A stretch of DNA of 64,000 bases from Pelagomonas calceolata (taxonomy: Eukaryota): NCBI GenBank assembly GCA_918797485.1, contig CAKKNE010000001.1, positions 5,022,001-5,086,000 on the forward strand, in the 5' to 3' direction. Below are positions 31,998 through 42,673 of the stretch, piece after piece (positions within the stretch are counted from its first letter, which is position 1; each line of letters starts with the position of its first letter). A program made the translations under genes and the position numbers. A model generated the notes under the pieces. The model saw only the letters and a program-made list of their open reading frames with translations, searched no databases and had not been told where the DNA came from.

Positions 31998-32804
31998 TCA
32001 CTTGTTTTTAAGTCGGAACTGGAGGAGCCACTCGTAGAGTTCGCCGGGGTAGTACGCCAGCGAGTTCATCCCGCCGTGCCCTGGCATGTCGGGTATACCG
32101 GCGGCGGCCCAGGACGGGTCGGACCCGCCCGCCTCGTCGCGCGTGTACTTTATCTCTGCGGTCCGCGTCGCGAGTCGCTTGCAGGCGTCGACGGACTTGT
32201 CGGACATGGCCACCGGCAGAATCACGTCGTTTGGCGCATGAAAAGCCCAGATCGGCGTGTCCTTGAGCGCACTGGCCGCCTCCTTGAACGGTGGTCGCAG
32301 CCCGCCGGAGACGGGCGCTATCGCTGCCCAGCGCGACGGCCTCGCCGCGGCCAAATTCCAAGTGCCGATGGAGCCCTGACTCAGGCCCGTGAGGTATATC
32401 CTCCGGACGTCGAGCTTTTGCGACGCAACATAATGATCGACGAGCGCCTCGATGTCGTCGGCGACGTCATTATCGTAGAACTGTGACGACATGGGCTTCT
32501 GCGGAGACAACACGGCCATTTTCATCGTGCCTGGCGCGCGTCCGCAGGTCTGCGGCGGCCCTTGGATCGCGACGCGAGGCAGCGGCGTCGGAGAACTCTC
32601 CCCTTGGCCGTGCAGAAAGACCAGTAGCGGCCAGCCGCCGGCCGGCGGCGTGCCGTCGGGAACGAACATGAGATGGGGCATTGTTTTGTGGGAAGCCACT
32701 TGCTTGCCGGGCGTCACGTCTCCGTCCGCCGGGAGCCACCACAAAGTGTCCCAGCCGTCCGACGCCATCGCCGTGGCAACGATTATCACGAGTACGCCGC
32801 GCAT
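31998..32804 (-). CDS. Alpha/beta hydrolase (predicted peptidase/carboxylesterase type) with signal peptide
   Basis: WPLLVFLHG.GE, SPQ, RIYLTGLSQG (GxSxG), AAIAPVSG, PIWAFH...D. Confidence 0.85.
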   Translation of the reverse strand: MRGVLVIIVATAMASDGWDTLWWLPADGDVTPGKQVASHKTMPHLMFVPDGTPPAGGWPLLVFLHGQGESSPTPLPRVAIQGPPQTCGRAPGTMKMAVLSPQKPMSSQFYDNDVADDIEALVDHYVASQKLDVRRIYLTGLSQGSIGTWNLAAARPSRWAAIAPVSGGLRPPFKEAASALKDTPIWAFHAPNDVILPVAMSDKSVDACKRLATRTAEIKYTRDEAGGSDPSWAAAGIPDMPGHGGMNSLAYYPGELYEWLLQFRLKNK

Positions 32805-32831
32805 GGGCTGCCCCTTGCGGAGAGCTGCTTT

Positions 32832-32855
32832 TGCTAGTATGTTACTGCCGCTAAC
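32832..32855 (+). promoter_or_regulatory. Double-CTAG intergenic motif, copy 4 (degenerate)
   Basis: tgctagtatgttactgccgctaac in a divergent promoter. Confidence 0.5.
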
Positions 32856-33025
32856 ATTACTAACATTATTGCTCTCCGGCACACGCACTTTTTGGACGCT
32901 GCCTACGAGCTGAATCCGATATCACCGTAGCTGTCCGCTTGTGATTCGTGCACTCACCATCATTCGACAGCTTGATTGATAGTTTATAACTTCGTTGGAG
33001 CGACACAAGCGTCAAAAAACAAAGT

Positions 33026-33706
33026 ATGGACAGCCAACGCGCCGCAAGGATAGCCACCTTTAGCGTCGGCATCGCCGTCGCGAGCTACGCCGCCTACCAG
33101 CTCGGCAAGCTCGTGCAGCGCAAGCGCCACGACGCGAAAAACAGCACGAGCTGCGTCGAGCTCCGGCCGCCGTTCCCGGACGAGGTCGTGCAGCTGCTGC
33201 GGTCGTCGGTACTCTGCTACCTGTCGACGCTGGCCGACGGCGCGCCGCACCTGTCGCTGATGAACTTCACGTACTGCCCCGCGGACGAGAAGATCATCAT
33301 GTCGACGCGGCGCGACACGACCAAATACCGCGCGCTGCTCAAAAATAAACGGGTCGCGGTGCTCATCCACGACTTCCCGGCCGAGGAGCGGCAGCGCGCG
33401 GCCGCGGCGTCGGCGCGGGCCGCCGGTCATAGCGGCGACTACGCGCAGACGTACTCCGTGACGCTCTACGGCAGCGTCCAGGTCGAGACGGGCGCCGCGG
33501 CCGAGCGGTACCGCGCGATGCATTTGGAGCGCAACGGCGCGGGCCAGCGCCAGTTCATCGTCGGCGACAACATCGGCATCATCACCGTGCTCGTGGACAA
33601 GGCGCGCATCTGCAACCAGGCCGACAAGGTCCACATCTGGGACGCGTCGGCGCCGGTCGTGCAGTCGCCGAGCGAGTGCGACGTGGACTCGCCGAAGAGC
33701 GCTTAG
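33026..33706 (+). CDS. Pyridoxamine 5'-phosphate oxidase-like FMN-binding protein
   Basis: LCYLST..G.PHLSLMNFTY, IIMSTRRDTTKY..L..N..VAVLIHDF, SVTLYG. Confidence 0.85.
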   Translation: MDSQRAARIATFSVGIAVASYAAYQLGKLVQRKRHDAKNSTSCVELRPPFPDEVVQLLRSSVLCYLSTLADGAPHLSLMNFTYCPADEKIIMSTRRDTTKYRALLKNKRVAVLIHDFPAEERQRAAAASARAAGHSGDYAQTYSVTLYGSVQVETGAAAERYRAMHLERNGAGQRQFIVGDNIGIITVLVDKARICNQADKVHIWDASAPVVQSPSECDVDSPKSA

Positions 33707-33731
33707 TGCGTTGTAATGGAATTTTACACAA

Positions 33732-34592
33732 CTACTCCATAGTCCAGCTCGCGAAACTTCTGTCGCGCGAGGTCTGCTTGGAGTAATTCACTTCTATCGC
33801 TGTATAGCGGGCGACGCCAGGGCCGAAATTGTAGAGCGTGATGGCGGTGAGGGGCTCGCAACTACAACGCGTTCGATATTTGATCTCATCTTCGCCCTTG
33901 ACCACCACGTCCACCCAGAGGGTGTTGTTCCCTAATGCGGTTGTCCAATCGTACGTCAGATCTACATCATACCAAGTGTCCGGCTCAACGGGAGGGAACT
34001 GCTCTTCCTCCGTCTGAACGAACGATTTGAGCTCGTAACCACCTGTTGAAGTCCGAGAGACAAACAGGCCCCCGTCGTCATTCAAGCAGAAATATGCAAA
34101 GCCGTGTGAGCCCGCACCCGGGTCGGAGAAGCTGAACCGATATTTGACCCGGCGTAGACACAACCGGTCAGCGGAATCAAACATCCGCACAAGTCCGCCT
34201 CCGTGACCCGTGGCAACCGTCGTGCCGATCTGTATGTGACGATTTCCGCCAGACGTATTCGTCGTGCAGGTGAACCTACCCTCAGAAAGCGCGGGTGATA
34301 GAGTATCCCAAGCATCGTTGGCAGAATCACTGGAGAAACGACTCCAGTCGCGCCCTGTCGCTACAACCGCGTCGAGGAGCGCGCCGGTGCCAGCGGCCAG
34401 AGCGCCGTGGCGGCGCGCCACAGAGAACAATATTGTCGGGTGCCTGTCGCGAAAGCGACGTGAGACCGCCATCGTGGCTATCGCTTTCAACGGCAGGAAG
34501 GCAGCTATCGTCTCCGACGGGTCACTTCGCCACAGATCGATCAGCCTGGGTGGCGGCCCCTTGGGCGCGGGCTGGTCCCCTTGTTTGGGCAT
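33732..34592 (-). CDS. F-box-like N-terminus plus beta-rich domain protein; paralog of 47608-48546
   Basis: LIDLWRSD..ETIAAFLPLKAIA..AVSRRFR, ALLDA and C-terminal PLTAITLYN. Confidence 0.6.
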   Translation of the reverse strand: MPKQGDQPAPKGPPPRLIDLWRSDPSETIAAFLPLKAIATMAVSRRFRDRHPTILFSVARRHGALAAGTGALLDAVVATGRDWSRFSSDSANDAWDTLSPALSEGRFTCTTNTSGGNRHIQIGTTVATGHGGGLVRMFDSADRLCLRRVKYRFSFSDPGAGSHGFAYFCLNDDGGLFVSRTSTGGYELKSFVQTEEEQFPPVEPDTWYDVDLTYDWTTALGNNTLWVDVVVKGEDEIKYRTRCSCEPLTAITLYNFGPGVARYTAIEVNYSKQTSRDRSFASWTME

Positions 34593-34843
34593 TATTTTGG
34601 CAATGCTTCGCTTATGGCTGCGGTTTTTTTAGTGGAATGCTCCGCGTGGGCAGCCGGCCGGCGGCCGACATCACTTCCGACAGATGAATAACGTGCGGGT
34701 TTCTCGCGCTCACAGGAGCCCTCTGACCTTGCCAGAGGACCGGTCCACAGCACTTCCTGAATGTTTTGAGCTTTGGATTCAAAAGGCTCTGCGGCGGTGA
34801 CAGCAGAGCAAAAAGGGCAGCTTCAAAAAAAGGGCAGCCTAAA

Positions 34844-36820
34844 ATGCGCCGCCTATACATAGGCGTGCTCTCACTACTGCGCATCGATGCGGCCACGATC
34901 GATGCCGTCCGCCGGACCTCGAAAGCAGCGGTGTACGGCGCCGCCAATGCGAGCCACGCCCAGCACTACGCGGCGACGTTCGCGTCGCTGCGATGCGGGC
35001 GGCACGCGGACCGATTCCTCTTCCTGGACGAGCCCGCGCCAGCGTCGTCGGTCGCTCTGGCCGCGATCGGCGTGCACGTTATTGTCGCCGACGGGAACGT
35101 CGCGCCGGCGGCGCTGGCCCGTTTGGGCTACGAGACCGCCTTGTACGTCGCTGTGGATGTGATCGCGGGGCCGGAGTTCTCTTGCGCGTCGCTCGTCGAA
35201 GCGACCTGTGCGATAGGCGACGGCGTCCGCGCCTACGACCTGAGAAAAGGGTGCGAAGGGAACGCCTCGTTGCCGCCAGCATGGAACCACCTCGTGCGCT
35301 TGGTGAAGCCCTGGGACGACGAGCGGTGGCGCGCCTGGGCGCGGAATACGGCCTGGCCGCCAACATATATAGAGATCGACGAAAGGTGCGGCTGCGGGGA
35401 CCTCATGGTACCTGAGTGCGCGGCGGGTGGCTGCACCTGGTCGCGCGACCGAGGCACGCGCGTGGTGTCACCTGTCTCGATCAAGTTCACGACGACTGGC
35501 GACCTCGCGGGCCTGCGGATCTGCTTCCGCGTTGATGGTATTGAAGGCGGCTGCGTCGAGGCGCCGGCGCCGATGGCGCGTTCAATAAACTACGGCTTCG
35601 TCACGTATCCTCTATATTTGCGGCCCGGCGGCCACGCCGTCGAGGCGTGGCTCGATAGCGTCGCGCCGTCGCACGACGTCGTATCCAGTACGTTCGAGGT
35701 CACCGCCTTCTGCGAGCGCGACCCGGGCGGGGCGCACCCCTGCAACCGCGACGAGGCCGTCGACCAGAAGGGCGACGTCCCTTTCGTCGCCGTCGCCGGC
35801 TGCGAGGGCACGGGCCACGCCCTGCTGCGCAACCTGAGCATCGACGAGTGGGAGCGCCGGGCGACCCCAGAAACGCCGCTCTTCGCGACCTCGAGCTACC
35901 CCCACTCGCAGCCGCGGGACGTCGAGCGGCGGCCGAACTTTGCGGTCGCCAAGCCGGATTTTATCGTGGTCCTGTGGCGCGAGCCGGCGCGGGCGGCTTT
36001 ATCGGCCGCGCGGCGCTTCTTCCGCGGCGGCGACATCGTCCTGGCGTGCGACTCGTTTACAAGGAACGCCGACGCGCTCTTCGGGCAGTTGTTTGCGCTA
36101 GAAGCGCCGACGCTGCGAGTCACGTACGAAGTCGTCGTGGCGCGGCCCGCGGAGACAGTGCGGGGCCTGGCGCGGTTCCTCGGACTGGAGGAGCCTTCCG
36201 TCGCGGGTCGAGTGGTCAAGGCCACAGCTGTAAACGAGACGAAGCTCGCGCTCGCGCGGCGCCTCCTGGCGCCACGGGCACCTTACTGGGAGAAGTCTCT
36301 CGACGCGCTGGCGCCGACCGAGGCCGCCGACTACGCGACGGACGCGGCGTCGACGCGCGCGGAGATCAAGAAGCTCACGGCGGAATTGAACGAGATCGGG
36401 GAACTGCTGAACCAGATCGCCGAGGTGACAGAACCGGATCTGTTCGCGCGCGGCGTCGCAAAACACGAGGCGGGCGACCGCGACGGGGCGGCGGAAGCCT
36501 GGCTCGCGTACCTGGAGAGCACCGATAATTGTGAAGGCCGCGCCGCCGACGCGCACTACAACCTCGGGGTCTTCTTCGACGAGAAGGGCGAGCTGGACGT
36601 GGCGGGCCGGATGTACGCCGGCGCGCTGACCTGCGCGCCGTCGCACGAGTCGGCGCTGCAGAACGCGGGGGCCAACGCGATCAATCGCGGCGATACGACG
36701 GCAGCCGTCGCGTTCTTCGAGCGGGCCTACGCGCTGAATCCGTCGGACGTGCACGCGTCGAACCTGGCGGTGGCGAGGGAGCGTGCTTCTTTTGTTGTTG
36801 ATGATGATGATGGTAAGTAG
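34844..36820 (+). CDS. Multidomain protein with a sulfotransferase-like P-loop domain and C-terminal TPRs
   Basis: VAGCEGTGH, VVLWREP...S, VTYE.VV..P......LARFLGL; TPR AHYNLGV and ALQNAG...FERAYALNP. Confidence 0.65.
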   Translation: MRRLYIGVLSLLRIDAATIDAVRRTSKAAVYGAANASHAQHYAATFASLRCGRHADRFLFLDEPAPASSVALAAIGVHVIVADGNVAPAALARLGYETALYVAVDVIAGPEFSCASLVEATCAIGDGVRAYDLRKGCEGNASLPPAWNHLVRLVKPWDDERWRAWARNTAWPPTYIEIDERCGCGDLMVPECAAGGCTWSRDRGTRVVSPVSIKFTTTGDLAGLRICFRVDGIEGGCVEAPAPMARSINYGFVTYPLYLRPGGHAVEAWLDSVAPSHDVVSSTFEVTAFCERDPGGAHPCNRDEAVDQKGDVPFVAVAGCEGTGHALLRNLSIDEWERRATPETPLFATSSYPHSQPRDVERRPNFAVAKPDFIVVLWREPARAALSAARRFFRGGDIVLACDSFTRNADALFGQLFALEAPTLRVTYEVVVARPAETVRGLARFLGLEEPSVAGRVVKATAVNETKLALARRLLAPRAPYWEKSLDALAPTEAADYATDAASTRAEIKKLTAELNEIGELLNQIAEVTEPDLFARGVAKHEAGDRDGAAEAWLAYLESTDNCEGRAADAHYNLGVFFDEKGELDVAGRMYAGALTCAPSHESALQNAGANAINRGDTTAAVAFFERAYALNPSDVHASNLAVARERASFVVDDDDGK

Positions 36821-36847
36821 TTGTGCAGTTTTTTACACGTAATATAT

Positions 36848-36926
36848 TGTTACGGTGCTAGGACTAGTGGGCGGAGTCGCCGGTCGGAGTATATCGATGT
36901 TACGGTGCTAGGACTAGTGGGCGGAG
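36848..36926 (+). repeat. 29-bp direct repeat TGTTACGGTGCTAGGACTAGTGGGCGGAG x2
   Basis: Identical copies at 36848-36876 and 36898-36926. Confidence 0.9.
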
Positions 36927-37269
36927 CCCCTGGGGGGGAGACACCGCGCGTCGCCGATTCATCGGCGGCGGGCGCGGGCCGCTTCTTTCATAACAGCGTA
37001 CCTCCTTCTAAGCAGAACCGCCTCGGCAAACCCCCCCGAACAATGTGCAACGTTCGCCCGTTCAATCAACTTGTCCCGCGACTTCCCGCAGACAGCGGGC
37101 GAGCTAGCGTCTTGACATACTAGAACGAGCAAGCTCGGAGGCACACGCCAGGCAGCGTGCGAGCAAACGCACCACTCGCGTGAACTAGCCGGCTCTCGCC
37201 GTCAACAGCCAGCTCTCGCCGTCGACGCCTTTGCATCCACCGACGCAACGCAGCCGGCACACAACCACC

Positions 37270-38820
37270 ATGCGCCTGCACGCCATTGCAGCGCTGCTCG
37301 CGAGCGCCACAGCTCTATCAACGCCGACGGCCCAGCTCAGCCGCGCGGCGACGTTCTGGAGGTACGCGACGCCCGTCGTCGCCAAGTACCTCGGCCAGCT
37401 CGCGTCGATCGAACTACAAGAAAGGCTCTCGGGCACGTGCCTGTCCGACGAGGAGTGCGCCGTCGCCTGGGAGGACGCCCACGTCAGCGGCGCGTCGGCC
37501 TTCCGGAAAACCGTCGACGATCTGGGCGGCTTCTACGTCAAGACGGGCCAGATCGTCGCCTCGCGCCAGGATTTATTCCCAAAGCAGTATTCCAATGCGC
37601 TGGCGGGCCTGACGGACTTCGTCGATCCGCTGCCGTCGGCGGAGGTGCGGCGCGTCGTGGCCGAGGAGACGCTGAGACCTGGCGAGGTCTGGGAAGACGT
37701 TTTTAGTGAGTGGGACGACGCGCCGCTCGGCGCGGCGTCGGTGGCCCAGGTGCATCGGGCGGTTTTGAGTGAAAAGTACGGGAACAAGGAGGTCGCTGTT
37801 AAAGTACAGAGACCAGGTGTGGAAACGACGCTCCTCGGCGACGTGAAACAGTTAAAAAGATTGGCGAAGCCGCTGCGGGGCACGACGCCCGTCGACTACT
37901 ACATCGTCTTCCAAGAGTTGGAATCGCAGCTGGCCGACGAGTTCGATTTCATAAGGGAGGCCGCGGCCATGGAAAGGATTGGCACTACTCTCAATGAGGC
38001 TCCCGGCGGCGCCGCGCTAGTGGTACCTAGAACCGTGCCGTCGTTATGCTCAAAAAGGGTGCTGGTCATGGATTACCTGAGAGGAGAACCTTTATCAAGA
38101 CTAGCAGAACGCTTACCGGAGGGCGCCGATTTAGGCCCGGCGGGCAAGGCGCTCCTCGCTGCGTTAACGGACGCGTTCGGGCGGTGCATCTTCAGCACGG
38201 GCTTCTTCCACGCCGATCCCCATCCAGGAAATTTATTTGTGCTCGACGACGGGCGCATTGGCCTCATCGACTTCGGCCAAGTGAAACAAATCTCGGGCAA
38301 AGCAAGATGTACCCTGGGCAAGGTCATGTGCGCCCTCGCGCGGCGGGAACGGTCTACTGAGGAGCCCTACGGTGTGCTGAGGGACCTCGAGCCGCTCGCG
38401 GAGTTGGGCGACGAGCTAGGCGTGGTTTTGAGGGACGGCGCGCTGCGGCCCGAGGGGCCCGCGGCCGTGTCCATGTGGCTGTTTGATGATGCGTCGGAGC
38501 CGCTGCCGGGCGGCTTCGAGCAGAGCGAGCTGTCGCCGAAGGCGCCGGCGATGTCGCTCAAGTCTTTTCCTCAAGATTTAGTATTTGTCGCCCGGTCTTC
38601 GGTTTTGATCAAGGGCCTGGCCGCGCGCCTCGGCGTGAAGTGGTCGCTAGCGTCGAAGTGGGCGCCCATGGCCGTCGAGGCGCTGGATTTGAACGACGCC
38701 GACGCGCGCGGCGTGCGGCGGCGCGGGCGTCTGTCGAAGCTCGGCGACGGCGTCAAGGCGCGGCTGTCGCGGGTCGTCGCGCCCGTTGTCCGGCGGCGGC
38801 TGGCTGCGCGGGCGTCTTGA
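37270..38820 (+). CDS. ABC1/UbiB atypical kinase with signal peptide
   Basis: GGFYVKTGQ, PLGAASVAQVHRA, VAVKVQRP, EFDF.RE, FFHADPHPGN, IDFGQ. Confidence 0.92.
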   Translation: MRLHAIAALLASATALSTPTAQLSRAATFWRYATPVVAKYLGQLASIELQERLSGTCLSDEECAVAWEDAHVSGASAFRKTVDDLGGFYVKTGQIVASRQDLFPKQYSNALAGLTDFVDPLPSAEVRRVVAEETLRPGEVWEDVFSEWDDAPLGAASVAQVHRAVLSEKYGNKEVAVKVQRPGVETTLLGDVKQLKRLAKPLRGTTPVDYYIVFQELESQLADEFDFIREAAAMERIGTTLNEAPGGAALVVPRTVPSLCSKRVLVMDYLRGEPLSRLAERLPEGADLGPAGKALLAALTDAFGRCIFSTGFFHADPHPGNLFVLDDGRIGLIDFGQVKQISGKARCTLGKVMCALARRERSTEEPYGVLRDLEPLAELGDELGVVLRDGALRPEGPAAVSMWLFDDASEPLPGGFEQSELSPKAPAMSLKSFPQDLVFVARSSVLIKGLAARLGVKWSLASKWAPMAVEALDLNDADARGVRRRGRLSKLGDGVKARLSRVVAPVVRRRLAARAS

Positions 38821-39055
38821 TGGGTTTGTTTAACTTTGTTGTGTCAACTTGGGAAGTAGTTGGGTATCTCGGGCCCCTGCCCGACGCCGACCGTGCAAAA
38901 ATTCCTGCAGCACGAGGCCCTTACCAGCCGCCCATGCCCGATTTTGCCAAGTCTGGGACAAGGCAAAAACAGCGCCTGCCCGCACGATCGCGCCGAGCCC
39001 CAAGACACGCGTTGGGATGGAGGCAGAGCAATCTGGGGCAAAAAAGACCAATACT

Positions 39056-39481
39056 CTAGCCGACCCCGCCCTCGTCGCCGAGCATGTACTGGAGCGACGC
39101 GTAGTCGTCGCCCGACGCGGACGACCGGATGGACTCGTTCGACGGAGTCCTCCGCAGCTCGCCCCGCGCTGGCGACGGCGCGCGCGGCGCCGGCCGCAGC
39201 GGCGACGGCGCGCGCGCGCCGGGCAGGTCGACGGGGCTCGGCGGCCGCGGCGGGCTCGCGCCCGCGGCGCCCAGGTACTGCTTCGAGGCGCTCCGCGGCG
39301 GCGCGCCGTAGGTCGCCTTCAGGAGCGAGCTGACCTTGCGGTGCACGCGCTCCAGGCGCCTCATGAGTAAGCCCACGAGGAAGAGGAGCACGACGTTCGA
39401 GCAGGCGAGCACCGCGAGGAGCGTCGTCGTCGTCGTCTGGTCGGGGGCGTTTGCGGCGCAGGTGGGCGGCGTTTCGTCCAT
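39056..39481 (-). CDS. Small single-pass membrane hypothetical protein
   Basis: ATG ORF with one hydrophobic helix, LLAVLACSNVVLLFLVGLLM. Confidence 0.55.
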   Translation of the reverse strand: MDETPPTCAANAPDQTTTTTLLAVLACSNVVLLFLVGLLMRRLERVHRKVSSLLKATYGAPPRSASKQYLGAAGASPPRPPSPVDLPGARAPSPLRPAPRAPSPARGELRRTPSNESIRSSASGDDYASLQYMLGDEGGVG

Positions 39482-39710
39482 CGTTTTTGCGCGCTTCGCA
39501 CCTGTTTTTGACGATCTAAATATCCCGCCTCGCAATGGACAAGTGTTGTTGTGCGGCTGGCAAGCGGCTTGGTGTTTTGAATGCCTTGCTCGACTTGGCG
39601 GATTCGTGGTCTGGTTCTGTTTTCGTCCGAGATTCTATGCGAATGAGCGCTGCCTGCAGCAGTGGGCGGGAGGTATAAATAGCGTCGCGCGGCGGCGTTT
39701 TGCTTCCTTT

Positions 39711-39734
39711 TCTAGTATGTTACGATACGCTAGC
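39711..39734 (+). promoter_or_regulatory. Double-CTAG intergenic motif, copy 5 (degenerate)
   Basis: tctagtatgttacgatacgctagc in a divergent promoter. Confidence 0.5.
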
Positions 39735-39967
39735 TCGACTTTTGCGCGACCGACCAACGCAAAGGACGCATTAATCGCCGCGGGACGCGTGCGCGAGGAC
39801 TGCTTGCTGTCCGCTGCCGACGACCACAGCCAGCCGCCAGGCCACCAGCACCGTCACACAACTACGCCAGCCAGACAGTCGCTGCACCCGACGCCACCGC
39901 CGCCAGTCGCTGCACCCGACGCCGGCCGCCGCTTACGCCAGCCGCACAGCCGCAGAGACGAGCAGCC

Positions 39968-40351
39968 ATGATCCGCGGCGTGCCCCAGCTCCAGCGGCTC
40001 GTCGTGCGCTACTGCCCCCACGGCGGCTCGTCGCGCGGCGCGCGCGCGTTCGTCTTCGAGGAGTTTGCGAAGTTTGCCGAGGCGAACCCGGCCGTCGAGT
40101 GCCGGTCGGAATTAGGAAGAGGCAAGCACCCCGTCGTGCGCGGGTCCTACGTCTGGGGCGACGACAAGGTCCTGGATGCGAAGAACCGGTCGAGCGCCGA
40201 CGTCCTGAGGATGGCCGAGGTGCTGCGGAACTCGTCGGGGCGCAAGATGCTGCGCTTCGAGAAGCCCGTCGTGTCCGAGAAGCCGTCGATCCAGGGGCCG
40301 GCGCTCGGCGGCGCGCCGCCGCGGGTGTGGGTCCTGCCCGAGAAGGAGTAA
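39968..40351 (+). CDS. MRPL43: Mitochondrial ribosomal protein L43 (mL43)
   Basis: GV.QL..L...YC..GGSSRG.R.F, FA..NP, GKHP...G.Y, LRNSSGRK, PSIQG. Confidence 0.9.
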   Translation: MIRGVPQLQRLVVRYCPHGGSSRGARAFVFEEFAKFAEANPAVECRSELGRGKHPVVRGSYVWGDDKVLDAKNRSSADVLRMAEVLRNSSGRKMLRFEKPVVSEKPSIQGPALGGAPPRVWVLPEKE

Positions 40352-40472
40352 CAGTTGTTTGTGTATTCCGGTTCCTCAGTATTAGGCCACAGTGATAGAA
40401 GGTCGTGTACCAATTTTCCGCCGAATTAAGTGTTGTTTAACCCCCTTGCAGCTTAAACTCGGACGAATTGGG

Positions 40473-40496
40473 GCTAGCGTAATCGACACACTAGTA
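40473..40496 (-). promoter_or_regulatory. Double-CTAG intergenic motif, copy 6 (degenerate; no adjacent gene start)
   Basis: Minus strand tactagtgtgtcgattacgctagc. Confidence 0.4.
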
Positions 40497-41947
40497 AATT
40501 CAAAGGTACGCCTCGATAGCGTCAAAAGAATGACCCAAATTCAGAATACATCCTAGTCGTTCGCCGCGACCAAATATTTCAGAGTAGCGGCCCGGGAACA
40601 TACCCTCGCGCCTCCCGGAAGGCACCGCCCGTGACATTCGCGGATGAGTCTTTCGGCTTGCCAAAATACACCAGCGATTGACACCGCCATCTCCCATCCA
40701 AATAGTACATTATATCAACTCCAGCCAAGTTTTCACACAAAATCGACGGAACCGGAGCCGACGGCCCGCGCTCGGAGGGCGGGAGAAGAATTCTACTAGA
40801 CAACTCTCGCGTTTATGTTCGTTGCCTTCCGTTTGTTAGTGCTAGAGTCCATCTAGCCCGCATCAGCGCCCACTGAGCTATTTGAGATATTCCGTTAGAG
40901 CCGCGCGAAACGGCAACTTGGCAGCCCCACGTTTACACATAAACGGGTAAATGAGTAGGACCCGCGAGTATCAGCGACGCCACCCTCCAGATGGACCATA
41001 ACACCGTTGTTCTATTCACAATCGACCGACTTGCCCGTTCTTCGCGGACGACGGTGCGTACGCGGGGCACCGGAAAGGCCGCAGACCGGTGGTTTATAAA
41101 ATAAATTTGCGTTTCAGGCGCTTCGGTTGCGGGACGGGCCAGGTAACCGGCCTGACTGCTCACTACATTGCTCCGAGACCCCAAGATGCTCGGCGCGGGT
41201 CGTCGGACTCGAGACCCCACTATCTCTCTCATTTCGGGCTTAGAGCTGGACCTGCGACCATCAGCCCGTGTAACATCACCATGGACCATGACGCGATCAT
41301 TTATTCCATGACCGACCGACTTGCACGAGGTCCAGATCAAGATGTTCACGTCCCGAGCGTGGGCAGCCTAAAGTACCCTTCTCGGCGTGTAGAAGTCATA
41401 TACTTGTAATTGACTATTGGTGGGGTAGTATGGGGTCCGACGAGACCGCTACGGCGACTACTGGGGGCCCTCGGGTAATTGGCGTTTTTGACGGGAACGA
41501 GGCGCCATCGGGTCCAAATTGCACACTTTTTTCGGGGGTAGATCGGCTCCCGGACTCCCTCTGGGATAGGTCTGAGGTCGGGTAGTCGCCTGTACCGCAT
41601 GTGCCGATTCTTGGGGGCTCCTAGAGCTCTGGAAGCCATGGCCAAGTAATTGGTGGTTTAGTGGGCCGCACTGCTGAGAGAATTGGCCGAAATATGCTGG
41701 AAGCGGCAGCGTATGCGGTGTAGGCGCGTGCACGTGTATAGTACCGACCCTAGGCGACCCCAGGGACACCTCTTCGGCGGGGATTGACAGGATTAAACCG
41801 GCGCGGCCGCCCTGTGGCCTCGTCCGCCTCCGCACCGCGAATCAAGAAATGAATATTTTTGGCCCCCAGTACGTGTCCCATTGATCTCTTTGGACTATTA
41901 GCGAACGGAACGGTACTCGGACGGCTGCATGTCGCTTTTGATCTGGT

Positions 41948-41972
41948 TGCTAGTGTCTTACAGACCGCTAGC
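41948..41972 (+). promoter_or_regulatory. Double-CTAG intergenic motif, copy 7
   Basis: tgctagtgtcttacagaccgctagc, ~180 bp upstream of ATG 42152. Confidence 0.7.
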
Positions 41973-42151
41973 AAGCTCGCACTTTTTAGCTTCACGAGGG
42001 CCGCAAGGAGCTGCTGGGCGGCGCCACAACTCTCAGAAATCATTACAGCAGGTTCGTTATAGATCACACTCTTGGCAACGGGCCAGCGCTTGAAGCGCTA
42101 GACGCCTGCCGAGGCGAGAGCCACCAAAAAGTGCAGCAGTGCAACGCACAG

Positions 42152-42673
42152 ATGTCGGCGCTCAACAAGGCAGTCACAAAAAAGGCCAGCAAGCGCAGAG
42201 CCGAGCAAAGACGCGACCGCGAAGCTCCGTACACGCTCGCGCCGCCCGACACGGCCCGAGCCGTGGCGAAGGCGCTGCCCGCCCTGCGCAGAACGGATGT
42301 AATCGTGGGTCTCAATGCGTTGACGCGGCGCCTCGAGCGCGACGGCGTGCGCTGGTGCGCCTTATGCGACGAGGCGGAGCCGCGCGCACTGCTTGATGGT
42401 GTTGTCGAGCTCGCACGGCGACGGGACGTGCCGATGCTGGCGCTGCCGCCGGGCTCCGGCAAGGCCGTCGCCGCAGCGCTGCGCGTGAAGCGCTGCCTCG
42501 CCTTCGGCCTGGCCGTGGAGGCGACCGCCGACGACGACGCGGCGCGGCGGACGGCGCTCGAAGATCTCGCGGCGCTCGCGTTCGCGCAGCGGAGCGCTCC
42601 TACTGACCGCGCGGCCGCGAAGCGCGCGCGGCACCGCGGCGCCTTCGACGTGTTTTCCTCCTCGGAGACGTAG
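42152..42673 (+). CDS. L7Ae/L30e-family RNA-binding protein (RNase P/MRP RPP38-like)
   Basis: VIVGLNALTRRLER, LCDEAEP..LL.....LA...VP, AAL.VK.CLAFG. Confidence 0.7.
   Translation: MSALNKAVTKKASKRRAEQRRDREAPYTLAPPDTARAVAKALPALRRTDVIVGLNALTRRLERDGVRWCALCDEAEPRALLDGVVELARRRDVPMLALPPGSGKAVAAALRVKRCLAFGLAVEATADDDAARRTALEDLAALAFAQRSAPTDRAAAKRARHRGAFDVFSSSET

Noticed and set aside
39876..39923. 20-bp direct repeat CAGTCGCTGCACCCGACGCC upstream of MRPL43
   Set aside because: Real, but looks like simple local slippage in a 5' UTR; no further copies seen.
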